Shown piece by piece: positions 1 to 7,501 of a stretch of DNA of 64,000 nt. The stretch lies in assembly GCA_964572455.1 (NCBI GenBank), contig CAZNFL010000004.1, positions 3,970 through 67,969 on the forward strand. Direction: 5' to 3'. A program made the translations under genes and the position numbers. The stretch comes from an uncultured Anaerolineaceae bacterium (GTDB taxonomy: Bacteria; Chloroflexota; Anaerolineae; Anaerolineales; UBA11579). Under the pieces are notes generated by a model that saw only the letters and a program-made list of their open reading frames with translations, was not told the origin of the DNA and made no database searches. How positions within the stretch are numbered: the stretch's first letter is position 1; each line of letters starts with the position of its first letter.

Positions 1-96
1 GCCATGATCGCCGCCGCCGGCTACTTCCGCCACGCCATCACCCGCAAGCCGGATAGCATGGATATCGATATCGAGCCGGGATGGGGGATAGGGTGA
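1..96 (+). CDS. 3' end of unidentified CDS (partial, continues upstream of window)
   Basis: Frame 1 is open from nt 1 to TGA 94-96 (...AMIAAAGYFRHAITRKPDSMDIDIEPGWGIG*). Host-like GC-rich codons. Too short to assign. Confidence 0.3.
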   Translation, partial: AMIAAAGYFRHAITRKPDSMDIDIEPGWGIG

Positions 97-260
97 AAAA
101 TGGCGCAAAGGTATAATATTGCCATGAGTGAGGGAAAACTTGTTTTCGATAATCCCGCTGCACGTCTAACCATATTATTGTTGAGGCTTCGAAATTTCCT
201 CCTACCACCAAAGTAGACGAGGTTTGGGAAACCATCAAGAAAGAAATCGGGTTTGAAGAC

Positions 261-860
261 ATGCCCATTCCGACTTTCCTTTCAGAAGTTGGCAGTTTGG
301 TGAGAGATACTCGAAAGGCACTGAAGCAACTTCCTAATTTTGATCAAGAAATTTTTGAACAAGCAGTGTTGAATGTAAATCGGGCCATTTTCTCTTACGT
401 TCCAAATGAACAATGGAATTCATCTAAAAATTACTTAACCCCCACAACATTAACTGCAATCTCCCTCGGCGCGAGTGCGTTAGGCCAAATTTGGACTGAT
501 AAGGTTATTAGTGACCAAGACCTCCAATCCTTACTTGAGAAGGTTTCTGATTTGGAGAAAGAAGTGTTTAGCGCAGAAATTAATGGCGAACTAAAAACCT
601 TAATGCTTACGCAAATTGAGAAACTGCGCCTTTCCATTATCAATTATCGAATCTGGGGAATTGACGGGATCAAAGAAGCTGTAAATTTGAACATAGGTTT
701 TCTTTTAACTAATGCGGAAAAAATTAGTGAAACAAAAGAAACAGGTTTCCTGCAAAAATATTATCAAGTAATATCTCTATTTCTTCAGGCAGGGAACTTC
801 GGCATGAAGTTTTTGGAATTAACAGGGGGAGACCTTACCAAGCTTTTGCCTCCAGGTTAA
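261..860 (+). CDS. hypothetical protein, 199 aa, in AT-rich islet
   Basis: Only long ORF in a ~800-nt stretch of about 38-40% G+C (counted in two 100-nt samples). AAA/AAT/TTT-rich codons unlike the neighbours. No TM segment and no motif I recognise. No clear SD sequence. Confidence 0.45.
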   Translation: MPIPTFLSEVGSLVRDTRKALKQLPNFDQEIFEQAVLNVNRAIFSYVPNEQWNSSKNYLTPTTLTAISLGASALGQIWTDKVISDQDLQSLLEKVSDLEKEVFSAEINGELKTLMLTQIEKLRLSIINYRIWGIDGIKEAVNLNIGFLLTNAEKISETKETGFLQKYYQVISLFLQAGNFGMKFLELTGGDLTKLLPPG

Positions 861-912
861 TTCCCAAGTCAATTACTACCCTAGTTGTTCAGCTAACTCC
901 TTACCCCCAGGT

Positions 913-1008
913 GTCATTCGGAGGCAGCCACCGTCCTGAGCGAAGTCGAAGGATCAGCCAGCCGAAGAATTCTCGTTACCTCGTCTTCCAAAATAGCCGA
1001 TGGGTTCA
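913..1008 (+). repeat. dispersed CTGAG...CGAAG hairpin element, copy A
   Basis: gtcattcggaggcagccaccgtcctgagcgaagtcgaaggatcagccagccgaagaattctcgttacctcgtcttccaaaatagcc aligns over ~90 nt with 57852-57938. Intergenic. Confidence 0.8.
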
Positions 1009-1025
1009 ACTCCATCAAGCAATAC

Positions 1026-1290
1026 CTACCTTAGCACCTGCAACCCGATGCTGGCTACCAATCCCAGCCAGTAGGCGAAAGTGTAGTAGATGAAAAGTGG
1101 CTGCCTGCCTCTCTTCCACAGCAGATAGCTTGAAAGAATGGCCAGCGAGGCCACCACAAACAGGTCCAGGCCGATCTCTTCGAAGCCGAGGGTTGGCCAG
1201 GATGCCGGCGCCCAGGAACAAAGCATTGAACATCAGGATTTGGGTATCGGTACGCTCGGCGTTAGCCAAGTAGCTCTCCAACGAGGAAAG
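1026..1290 (-). pseudogene. possible frameshifted remnant of a small multi-TM membrane protein
   Basis: The 66-aa ORF 1026..1226 (two hydrophobic helices) is continued upstream in another frame by ...TQILMFNALFLGAGILA (ORF 1015..1503). Embedded in repeat-rich DNA. Confidence 0.2.
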
Positions 1291-1327
1291 TTGCGCAAGT
1301 ACCCTTTCGGGTGCGGCCCTCACCCTT

Positions 1328-1438
1328 GTCATTCCGAGCGGCATTTCCAAGTCCCTACCCGCAGGAGAATCTACATAGCAGGTGCCGTCCTGAGCGTAGC
1401 GAAGGAAATCCTTATAGCCTTGTATTCCGAAAAGCCTA
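1328..1438 (+). repeat. dispersed CTGAG...CGAAG hairpin element, copy E (long internal insert)
   Basis: gtcattccgagcgg...gtcctgagcgtagcgaaggaaatccttatagccttgtattccgaaaagcct. The 5' and 3' ends match copies A, B and C. Confidence 0.7.
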
Positions 1439-1497
1439 GTTTTACATGTTCGGTTTCGGCTCTCACTAATCCGTCTCACTTGCCCCTTAAACCCGAA

Positions 1498-1517
1498 CCG
1501 CACCCTTTCGGGTGCGG
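1498..1517. repeat. hairpin CCGCACCC-tttc-GGGTGCGG (second, imperfect copy at 1299-1316)
   Basis: The string accctttcgggtgcgg occurs at 1301-1316 and 1502-1517, bracketing element copy E. Confidence 0.6.
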
Positions 1518-1609
1518 TTAGAGTGAGGAGGAGATCTCATCTGGGCGCTATGCTAGCGTCCCAATCTAAAATCCAGCTAAGATTTGGGTTAACGGGGCAT
1601 TAAAACGAC

Positions 1610-2230
1610 TCACAGCCTCAGCGCTACCCTGATCTGTTCCTCGCTGATCGGCCCCGCCCGCAGCACTTTTGGCTGCGTCCCGGTCAGGTCCACCACCGTA
1701 GAGGGCTGGTCGCCGGGCGTCAGCCCGCCGTCCAGCACCAGCTCGATGCGCCCTTCCAGCTGCGCTAGCACCTCGTCCGCGCTGCGCGTATTGGCGCCTC
1801 CGCCTAGGTTGGCCGAAGTCACCGCCATAGGGCCGGCGGTCTGCAGGAGCGCCCGGGCTAAAGCGTGGTCTGGCATGCGCACGCCGATGGTTTCATTCGG
1901 GGAAAGCAAACCCGGCAGGTTGGGGTGGCGCGGCAGCACCAGTGTTAACGGCCCCGGCCAGAAGCGCTCCGCCAGCCGCAGGGCTGGCGCGCTTACTTCC
2001 TTGGCGACTTTATTCAGATCGCCCGGCTCGGCGATCAGCACCGCGATCGCCTTGGTCTGCTGGCGGCCCTTGATGGCGAATAAGCGCTCGATGCTGGCCG
2101 CGTTGAAGGCGGGCGCTCCCAGGCCATACACAGTGTCGGTGGGGAAGGCGACCACGCCGCCCGCTGCCAGCGCCTCAAGGGCGCGCTGGATGGCATCGGG
2201 AGCATCGGCGGCCAGGCGCTGCGTGATCAT
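1610..2230 (-). CDS. tsaC: L-threonylcarbamoyladenylate synthase (YrdC/TsaC family)
   Basis: 206 aa. VVAFPTDTVYGLG, FAIKGR, FWPGPLTLVL and SANLGG motifs. The ATG at 2230 overlaps the prmC stop (ATGA). The track ORF to 2458 is an unlikely Arg/Gly/Ala-rich extension. Confidence 0.8.
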   Translation of the reverse strand: MITQRLAADAPDAIQRALEALAAGGVVAFPTDTVYGLGAPAFNAASIERLFAIKGRQQTKAIAVLIAEPGDLNKVAKEVSAPALRLAERFWPGPLTLVLPRHPNLPGLLSPNETIGVRMPDHALARALLQTAGPMAVTSANLGGGANTRSADEVLAQLEGRIELVLDGGLTPGDQPSTVVDLTGTQPKVLRAGPISEEQIRVALRL

Positions 2231-3087
2231 GTCTCCACTACCAGCAAGCGCGGCAGGCCGGCCAGGTCGGGGCGAACTGCAATGCGTGCCGCGGGCCACA
2301 GCTCCAGCGCCAGGTCCAGCACCGCGCCCTGCAGGCTGGCGTCGATCTCTGCCAAGATCAGCGCCTGCGGCGCTGTTTTGGTTTGTGCCTGCTGCAGGAA
2401 GGGTTCGATGAATCGCAGGCCATCCTCGCCGCCGCCCAGCGCAATGCGCGGCTCCCATTTGGAGACGGCCAGTTCGGGCAACCGGGCTTCAGGGATATAC
2501 GGAAGGTTGGCGCAGATCATATCGAAAGGTCCGGCCATGTTCTCTAATAGATCGCTCTTTACCAAATGAACGCGAGCTGGCAAGCTATACCTCTCCACAT
2601 TCGCTTTGGCCACCGCCAGTGCGCCTGTGGAAATGTCTCCGGCGACGATGCGCACATCAGGCACATTAATAGCCAGCGCCACCGGAATGCAGCCGGATCC
2701 GGTGCCCACGTCTGCAGCGCGGCGGCGGCCGGGGTGGGCCGCCAGCCAGGCCATTGCAGTCTCCACCAGCAGCTCGGTCTCCGGCCGCGGGATGAGTACG
2801 TCGGGAGTAACGTTCAATTTGAGGCCAAAAAATTCCCATTCGCCGAGAATGTAGGGCAGCGGCTCACCGGTTTCCATTCGTGCCAGTCCGGCTTCAAATC
2901 TGCGCCCCGCCGCTGCGTCGACTTTCGCTTCGGGGTGCGCCAGCAGCCAGGCGCGCTCGGCGCCCAGCGCGCTGGCCAAGAGCACCTCACTGTCCAAGCC
3001 GGGATTCTCGCTACGGCCGGCCAGCCGCTGGCGAGCGGCAGCCAGGGTGGCGGCGATAGTTTGTGCGCCTAATTTGGAAGCTGCCAT
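2227..3087 (-). CDS. prmC: release-factor glutamine N5-methyltransferase (HemK/PrmC)
   Basis: 286 aa. SAM motif DVGTGSGCI. Catalytic tetrapeptide reads NLPY (ICANLPYIP) instead of NPPY. Lies downstream of prfA. Confidence 0.85.
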   Translation of the reverse strand: MAASKLGAQTIAATLAAARQRLAGRSENPGLDSEVLLASALGAERAWLLAHPEAKVDAAAGRRFEAGLARMETGEPLPYILGEWEFFGLKLNVTPDVLIPRPETELLVETAMAWLAAHPGRRRAADVGTGSGCIPVALAINVPDVRIVAGDISTGALAVAKANVERYSLPARVHLVKSDLLENMAGPFDMICANLPYIPEARLPELAVSKWEPRIALGGGEDGLRFIEPFLQQAQTKTAPQALILAEIDASLQGAVLDLALELWPAARIAVRPDLAGLPRLLVVET

Positions 3088-3150
3088 GGCTGTGATTCTA
3101 GCAGAGGCCAGCTGGCGCTTTGGTTGATGCTGATTAAAACCGTTTTAGGA

Positions 3151-3180
3151 GATTAATCGATTAATTGATTGATCGATTGC
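3151..3180. repeat. tandem array of palindromic octamer GATTAATC (about 4 units)
   Basis: GATTAATC GATTAATT GATTGATC GATTGC. Ends exactly at the prfA stop codon (3181-3183). Confidence 0.75.
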
Positions 3181-4242
3181 TCATGCACTAACCGTCGCCA
3201 ACCGTTCGGCCTCATCCTGGGTGGCTAGTTCCTCCAGCAGCTCATCCAGCTCGCCGTCCAGGAAGGCCGGCAAATTGTGCGAGGTGAAGCCGATGCGGTG
3301 ATCGGTTACCCGCGATTGGGGGAAATTGTAGGTGCGGATCTTTTCGGAGCGTTCGCCGCTGCCCACCTGCAGCTTGCGGGTCTGCTCGATCGCCGAGCGG
3401 CGCTTTTCCTCTTCCATCTCGTAAAGCCGGGCGCGCAAGATGGCCATCGCCCGCAGCCTATTTTGCAGCTGGGAGCGCTCGTCCTGGCATTGCACCACGA
3501 TGCCAGTGGGGATATGGGTTAGCCTAACGGCCGTGGAGTTCTTCTGTACGTTCTGCCCGCCGGCACCCGCCGAACGATAGACGTCCATCTTCACGTCGCT
3601 GTCGGGGATCTTGATCTCGACTTCGTCTACTTCGGCCAGAACGGCCACCGTGGCCGTGGAGGTGTGGATGCGGCCCTGGGCTTCGGTGGCGGGCACGCGC
3701 TGCACGCGGTGCACCCCGGATTCGAACTTGAGCCGGGAGAAAGCGCCTTTGCCCTTGATCAGCATCGTAGCTTCCTTGAAGCCGCCCACGCCGGTCTCGC
3801 TGCCGCTCATCAGCTCCGTCTTCCAACCCTCGCGCTCGGCGTACCGGGCGTACATGCGGTAAAGGTCGGCGGCGAACAAGCCGGCTTCGTTGCCGCCGGT
3901 GCCGGCGCGGATCTCCATGATCACGTTGCGGTTATCGCGCGGGTCTTTGGGCACCAGCAAGCTCTTGATCTCATTTTCCAGCGCTGGGATCTCGGCCTCC
4001 ACCTCCGCCAGCTCCGCCGAGGCAAGCTCGGCCAGCTCGGCGTCGCCGCTGTCGATCACTGCCTGCGCTTCCTGCTTGCGTTTCAGCGCGTCGCGATATT
4101 TGCGTATCTTGCCGATGATGGGTTCCAGCTCGGCGCGTTCCTTGGATAGCTCAACGGTGCGCTGGTAGTTGGCGGCGGGCAGCTGCAATTCGCGCTCGAT
4201 CTCGTCGAAGCGCGCTTCAATACCGGAAAGTTTGTCGAGCAT
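3181..4242 (-). CDS. prfA: peptide chain release factor 1
   Basis: 353 aa. RF1-specific PAT tripeptide (RVPATE). GGQ motif (SAGAGGQNVQK). Confidence 0.95.
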   Translation of the reverse strand: MLDKLSGIEARFDEIERELQLPAANYQRTVELSKERAELEPIIGKIRKYRDALKRKQEAQAVIDSGDAELAELASAELAEVEAEIPALENEIKSLLVPKDPRDNRNVIMEIRAGTGGNEAGLFAADLYRMYARYAEREGWKTELMSGSETGVGGFKEATMLIKGKGAFSRLKFESGVHRVQRVPATEAQGRIHTSTATVAVLAEVDEVEIKIPDSDVKMDVYRSAGAGGQNVQKNSTAVRLTHIPTGIVVQCQDERSQLQNRLRAMAILRARLYEMEEEKRRSAIEQTRKLQVGSGERSEKIRTYNFPQSRVTDHRIGFTSHNLPAFLDGELDELLEELATQDEAERLATVSA

Positions 4243-4392
4243 GAATTAAGGCAACCTTGTTTATAGTGGGAACGGGATTATAGCAGTCGGGCGATAAGTT
4301 GCATATTGGTGCATTGTGGGCCGCGGATGCACGCCGACAAACGCAGATAAATAAAGGGTATCAGCGTTTATCGGCGGCTGTTTTTCGGAAAC

Positions 4393-6960
4393 TTATACAA
4401 CCCGCACCATTGATCCCCTCGGCCCTTTTTCCACCTCGATGCGGTTGGGGAAGGCGTCCTTAAGCGCGTCGATGTGGGTGATCACCAGGATCTTGGCGAA
4501 GTCCTGACGCACCAGGCTGATCACCTCCACCAGGCGTTGGCGGCCGGCTTCGTCCTGGCTGCCGAAACCCTCGTCGACCACCAGGGTCTGCAGCCGGGCG
4601 CCGGCGCGCTGGGCGAGCACCTCAGACAGCGCCAGGCGGATGGCGAAGTTGATACGGAATGCTTCGCCGCCGGAGAACATTTCGTAGTCGCGCTCGCCGG
4701 CGCCATCGCTGATCTGGATATCCAGGGTCTCGCGCAGGTCGTCGCGCTTGCTGTCCTTGAATGGCCGCTGGGTCACGAAGCGGATGTTCATGCTGCCGGC
4801 GCTCAGGCGCTCGAGGATCTGGTTGGCCTTGCTTTCGATCTGCGGCAGGGCCTGCTCAATCAGCATGGCGGGCACTCCATCCTTGCCAAAGGCCCGCTCT
4901 AGAGCCTGGAATTGGGAGACCTGCCCGGCAAATGTTTCGCGTTGGCTCTCAATCTCCGTTTTGCGGGTACGCAGCGTTTCCAGCACGGCCACTTCCTGTT
5001 GGGCCGCCCCAAGCGCCTGGCGCACCTGGTTTTCCTTTTCTTGCGTATCCAGCATGGCCCGCTCAGCTTGCTCTAGGTCGGGCAAGCCCTCCCGCATGGG
5101 CTCCAGGGTCTGGGCGGCCTGCTGGTGGGCGGCTTCCTGGGCGGTCAGTTCCTTTTCCTGTGCGGCAATTTGCTTGGCCAGGTCCTTGATCTCCCGGTCC
5201 AGCGGCTTGGCCGCCGCGCGGGCTTGCTCCAGGGCGCGCATTTGCGCCTCGGCCGGGCGGGCCGCCAGCTCTTGTTTGCGGGCGGCGTCGTGCCGGGCGG
5301 CGTCGTAGCCGGTGGCCTTGAGATCGGCGTCGATCCTGCCCAGCTCACCGCGGGCTTCGGATGCGAAGCTTTCTACCTGCAGCGCTGCCTGGATCTCGGC
5401 CAGGCGCGGGGCGCGCTTCTCTTTCCAGCCTGCCTCATCGATTGAAACGTCGCCGATCCGTGTGCGCAGCTCTCCAGCCTTCGTATTGCTGGTTCGAAAG
5501 TTCGTATCTAATTGGCTTAATGCGGCCAATTCCTTTTCAAGTTTTTCGACTTGCTTGTCTACATCTTTGGCGCTTTTCACATTTGCGCGGTGTTTGTCAC
5601 CCATTTGGGTTCCCTCGCCGGTAAGTTCAGTGATCACTGAGTTGCGATGTTCCTCAGTCAGTGGCTGGCCGCAGGTTGGGCAGGTAGCTAATCCCTCCGT
5701 CTCTCTTACGCGCTTAATCTTTGCCTCTAGTTTTTTCATTTCTGCGTATAGCAATTTGTTTTGGGAATGGGCGTTGTCTTGGATTTTCTTTAAATTCTGC
5801 AGTTCCTTATCCTTCTCCACCCGACCAGCGAGATGCTTTTCCATTCTCTCGATCTCGCTAGTAATCTGCTTCAGTTCGCGCTCTTGTTCCACCTTATTGT
5901 TCAAGAGTGATTTGAGATTCTCGCTTTCATTAATTAAGCTCGTGAGTTCCGTTTCCAAACGGGCGCGCTCGGATTCGATAATAGCCACAGAGGCACCGCG
6001 CTTCATTTCCTGCCCGTGGAATTTGGCAGCCACGCTCTCTAGCGTTACGAGCTCTTCCCGCAGGGCCTGCCAGCCTGTATAGGCAGCTTCGATCTCTGCC
6101 GCTTTCCCGATCAGCCCTGCAGAGGCGGCTTGCTCGGCGCTGCGCTCCTCCAGCCGGGCGCGCTGCTCGGCCAACTGGGCCTGGGTGCGCTGCAGTTGGG
6201 CCGCCAGGGTGGCCACCAGCGCCTGCTGCTGCTGCACGGCGGCTGCCCGGCGGCGCACTTCCTCTAGCACGGCTTCTTGGGCAGCTCGGGATTTGCTTAG
6301 GTCTTGTAGTTGGGAATCCAGCTCTGTGAGGCGGGCCTTGCGCGTTTCTTCCTGGTCCAGTTCGTTGGCGATCTCTTGCAAGCGGCCCTGGAGCCCGGTG
6401 ATCTGATCTTCGACGCCCTTGCGCCGCGCCGCTGAACGGCCCCGATATTCTTCCCAGATCTCCAGCCCCAGCACGCTGCTTAGGATGCGCTTGCGGTCGG
6501 CGGGGCGTTGCTGGGTAAATTGGTCGGCCTTCCCTTGCAGGAAGAACGACGCGTTCACAAAGGTCTCGTAATCCAGGCGCAAGGTTTCCCGGATGCGCGC
6601 CTCCGTGTCGCGCGTGGCGCGTTCGGTGAGAGCTTTCCACTTGTCCTCGCCGGTCTGGATCTGGAATTCGAGGATGGTATTCTCCTCGCGCGGGAGAATG
6701 CGCTGCACGCGATATACGTTGCCTTCGTAGCTAAACGTAAATTCCACCTCGGCGGCTTTGACGTCCATGTGAGAATTGATCAACGAATCGCCGCTGTTGC
6801 GGGCCTTGCCGAACAGCGCGAAGGTGATCGCATCCAGCAGGGCGGATTTGCCCGCGCCGTTGGCGCCGGAGATGCAAGCCAGGTCGAACTTGGTGAAGTC
6901 CAGCTCTACGGGGTCGCGGTAGGAAAGGAAGCCGGCAATCGAAAGATGAATAGGGATCAT
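4393..6960 (-). CDS. sbcC: SbcC/Rad50-family SMC-like ATPase
   Basis: 855 aa. Walker A GANGAGKS. Long coiled coil with central zinc hook CPTCGQ. Signature FSGGEAF. Walker B LVVDEGFG. No sbcD/mre11 nuclease gene on either side. Confidence 0.8.
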   Translation of the reverse strand: MIPIHLSIAGFLSYRDPVELDFTKFDLACISGANGAGKSALLDAITFALFGKARNSGDSLINSHMDVKAAEVEFTFSYEGNVYRVQRILPREENTILEFQIQTGEDKWKALTERATRDTEARIRETLRLDYETFVNASFFLQGKADQFTQQRPADRKRILSSVLGLEIWEEYRGRSAARRKGVEDQITGLQGRLQEIANELDQEETRKARLTELDSQLQDLSKSRAAQEAVLEEVRRRAAAVQQQQALVATLAAQLQRTQAQLAEQRARLEERSAEQAASAGLIGKAAEIEAAYTGWQALREELVTLESVAAKFHGQEMKRGASVAIIESERARLETELTSLINESENLKSLLNNKVEQERELKQITSEIERMEKHLAGRVEKDKELQNLKKIQDNAHSQNKLLYAEMKKLEAKIKRVRETEGLATCPTCGQPLTEEHRNSVITELTGEGTQMGDKHRANVKSAKDVDKQVEKLEKELAALSQLDTNFRTSNTKAGELRTRIGDVSIDEAGWKEKRAPRLAEIQAALQVESFASEARGELGRIDADLKATGYDAARHDAARKQELAARPAEAQMRALEQARAAAKPLDREIKDLAKQIAAQEKELTAQEAAHQQAAQTLEPMREGLPDLEQAERAMLDTQEKENQVRQALGAAQQEVAVLETLRTRKTEIESQRETFAGQVSQFQALERAFGKDGVPAMLIEQALPQIESKANQILERLSAGSMNIRFVTQRPFKDSKRDDLRETLDIQISDGAGERDYEMFSGGEAFRINFAIRLALSEVLAQRAGARLQTLVVDEGFGSQDEAGRQRLVEVISLVRQDFAKILVITHIDALKDAFPNRIEVEKGPRGSMVRVV

Positions 6961-7047
6961 GGCTAAGCGTACGCGGCGTTGATTGTAACGGGGAAATTGT
7001 GGAAAGAGATCGGGCCAAGATTATAATGAACCAAACGGAGGACGCTG

Positions 7048-7467
7048 ATGCAAGTTGCAATCGATTGGAAACAGGGAATGAGTTTTAGTGGAAAAGTCGC
7101 AAACAGCTTAACCCTCGATTTGGGCGCCGAACCGGAGATAGGCGGGGCTGGGGATGGTTTTACGCCCATGGAGTTGTTTGCCCTTGGCCTGGGTGGTTGC
7201 ACCGGTATCGATGTGATCTCTATCCTGCACAAGAAACGCCAGGAAGTGACCGCTTTTGAAGTGCGCGTGAATACGCAGCGAGCGGAGGAGCACCCGCGAG
7301 TTTGGACCCAGGTGTTGCTGGAATATATCGTGACTGGCAAGAACATCGACCCCAAAGCTGTGGAGCGCGCCATCCAGCTTTCCTATGATAAATATTGCCC
7401 GGCTCAGAATATGCTTAAGAAAACTGTACGCATTGAATCGCGCTATGAGATAAAGGGAACTGCTTAG
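7048..7467 (+). CDS. OsmC-family peroxiredoxin-like protein
   Basis: 139 aa. Two conserved Cys contexts, GLGGCTG and DKYCPA. RBS GGAGGA 5 nt upstream. TATAAT at 7022-7027. Confidence 0.75.
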   Translation: MQVAIDWKQGMSFSGKVANSLTLDLGAEPEIGGAGDGFTPMELFALGLGGCTGIDVISILHKKRQEVTAFEVRVNTQRAEEHPRVWTQVLLEYIVTGKNIDPKAVERAIQLSYDKYCPAQNMLKKTVRIESRYEIKGTA

Positions 7468-7501
7468 TCAAATTACCTTCCTTTTTCCCCCCGACGGTTT
7501 T

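Noticed and set aside
911-1093. 60-aa ORF (and the 78-aa ORF 55623..55859)
   Set aside because: These are translations of the CTGAG/CGAAG repeat element, not genes.
2231-2458. N-terminal 76-aa extension of the tsaC ORF. Similar extensions occur at 26049-26270 and 48350-48538.
   Set aside because: The extensions overlap upstream genes or repeats and are compositionally aberrant. Internal ATGs with an RBS or a stop-start overlap give proteins of canonical length.
1746-3072. Plus-strand ORFs of 221, 95, 168 and 82 aa
   Set aside because: Antisense to tsaC and prmC, Arg/Ala/Ser-rich, with no support.
4332-4386. 13-bp inverted repeat CGCCGACAAACGC/GCGTTTATCGGCG followed by TTTTT
   Set aside because: It has a terminator-like shape only on the + strand, where no gene ends. 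On the minus strand (after sbcC) it lacks a U-tract. It may still stabilise or terminate sbcC transcripts, but I cannot support a call.
4393-6960. SbcC-like ATPase as the core of a defence system (Lamassu/Wadjet/Gabija-type)
   Set aside because: No associated effector, nuclease or kleisin-like genes flank it. The neighbours are housekeeping genes (prfA, osmC-family). It is treated as an orphan repair gene.
6963-7373. 136-aa minus-strand ORF upstream of sbcC
   Set aside because: It overlaps the OsmC-family gene on the opposite strand and has no SbcD/Mre11 phosphoesterase motifs, so it is not the missing sbcD.
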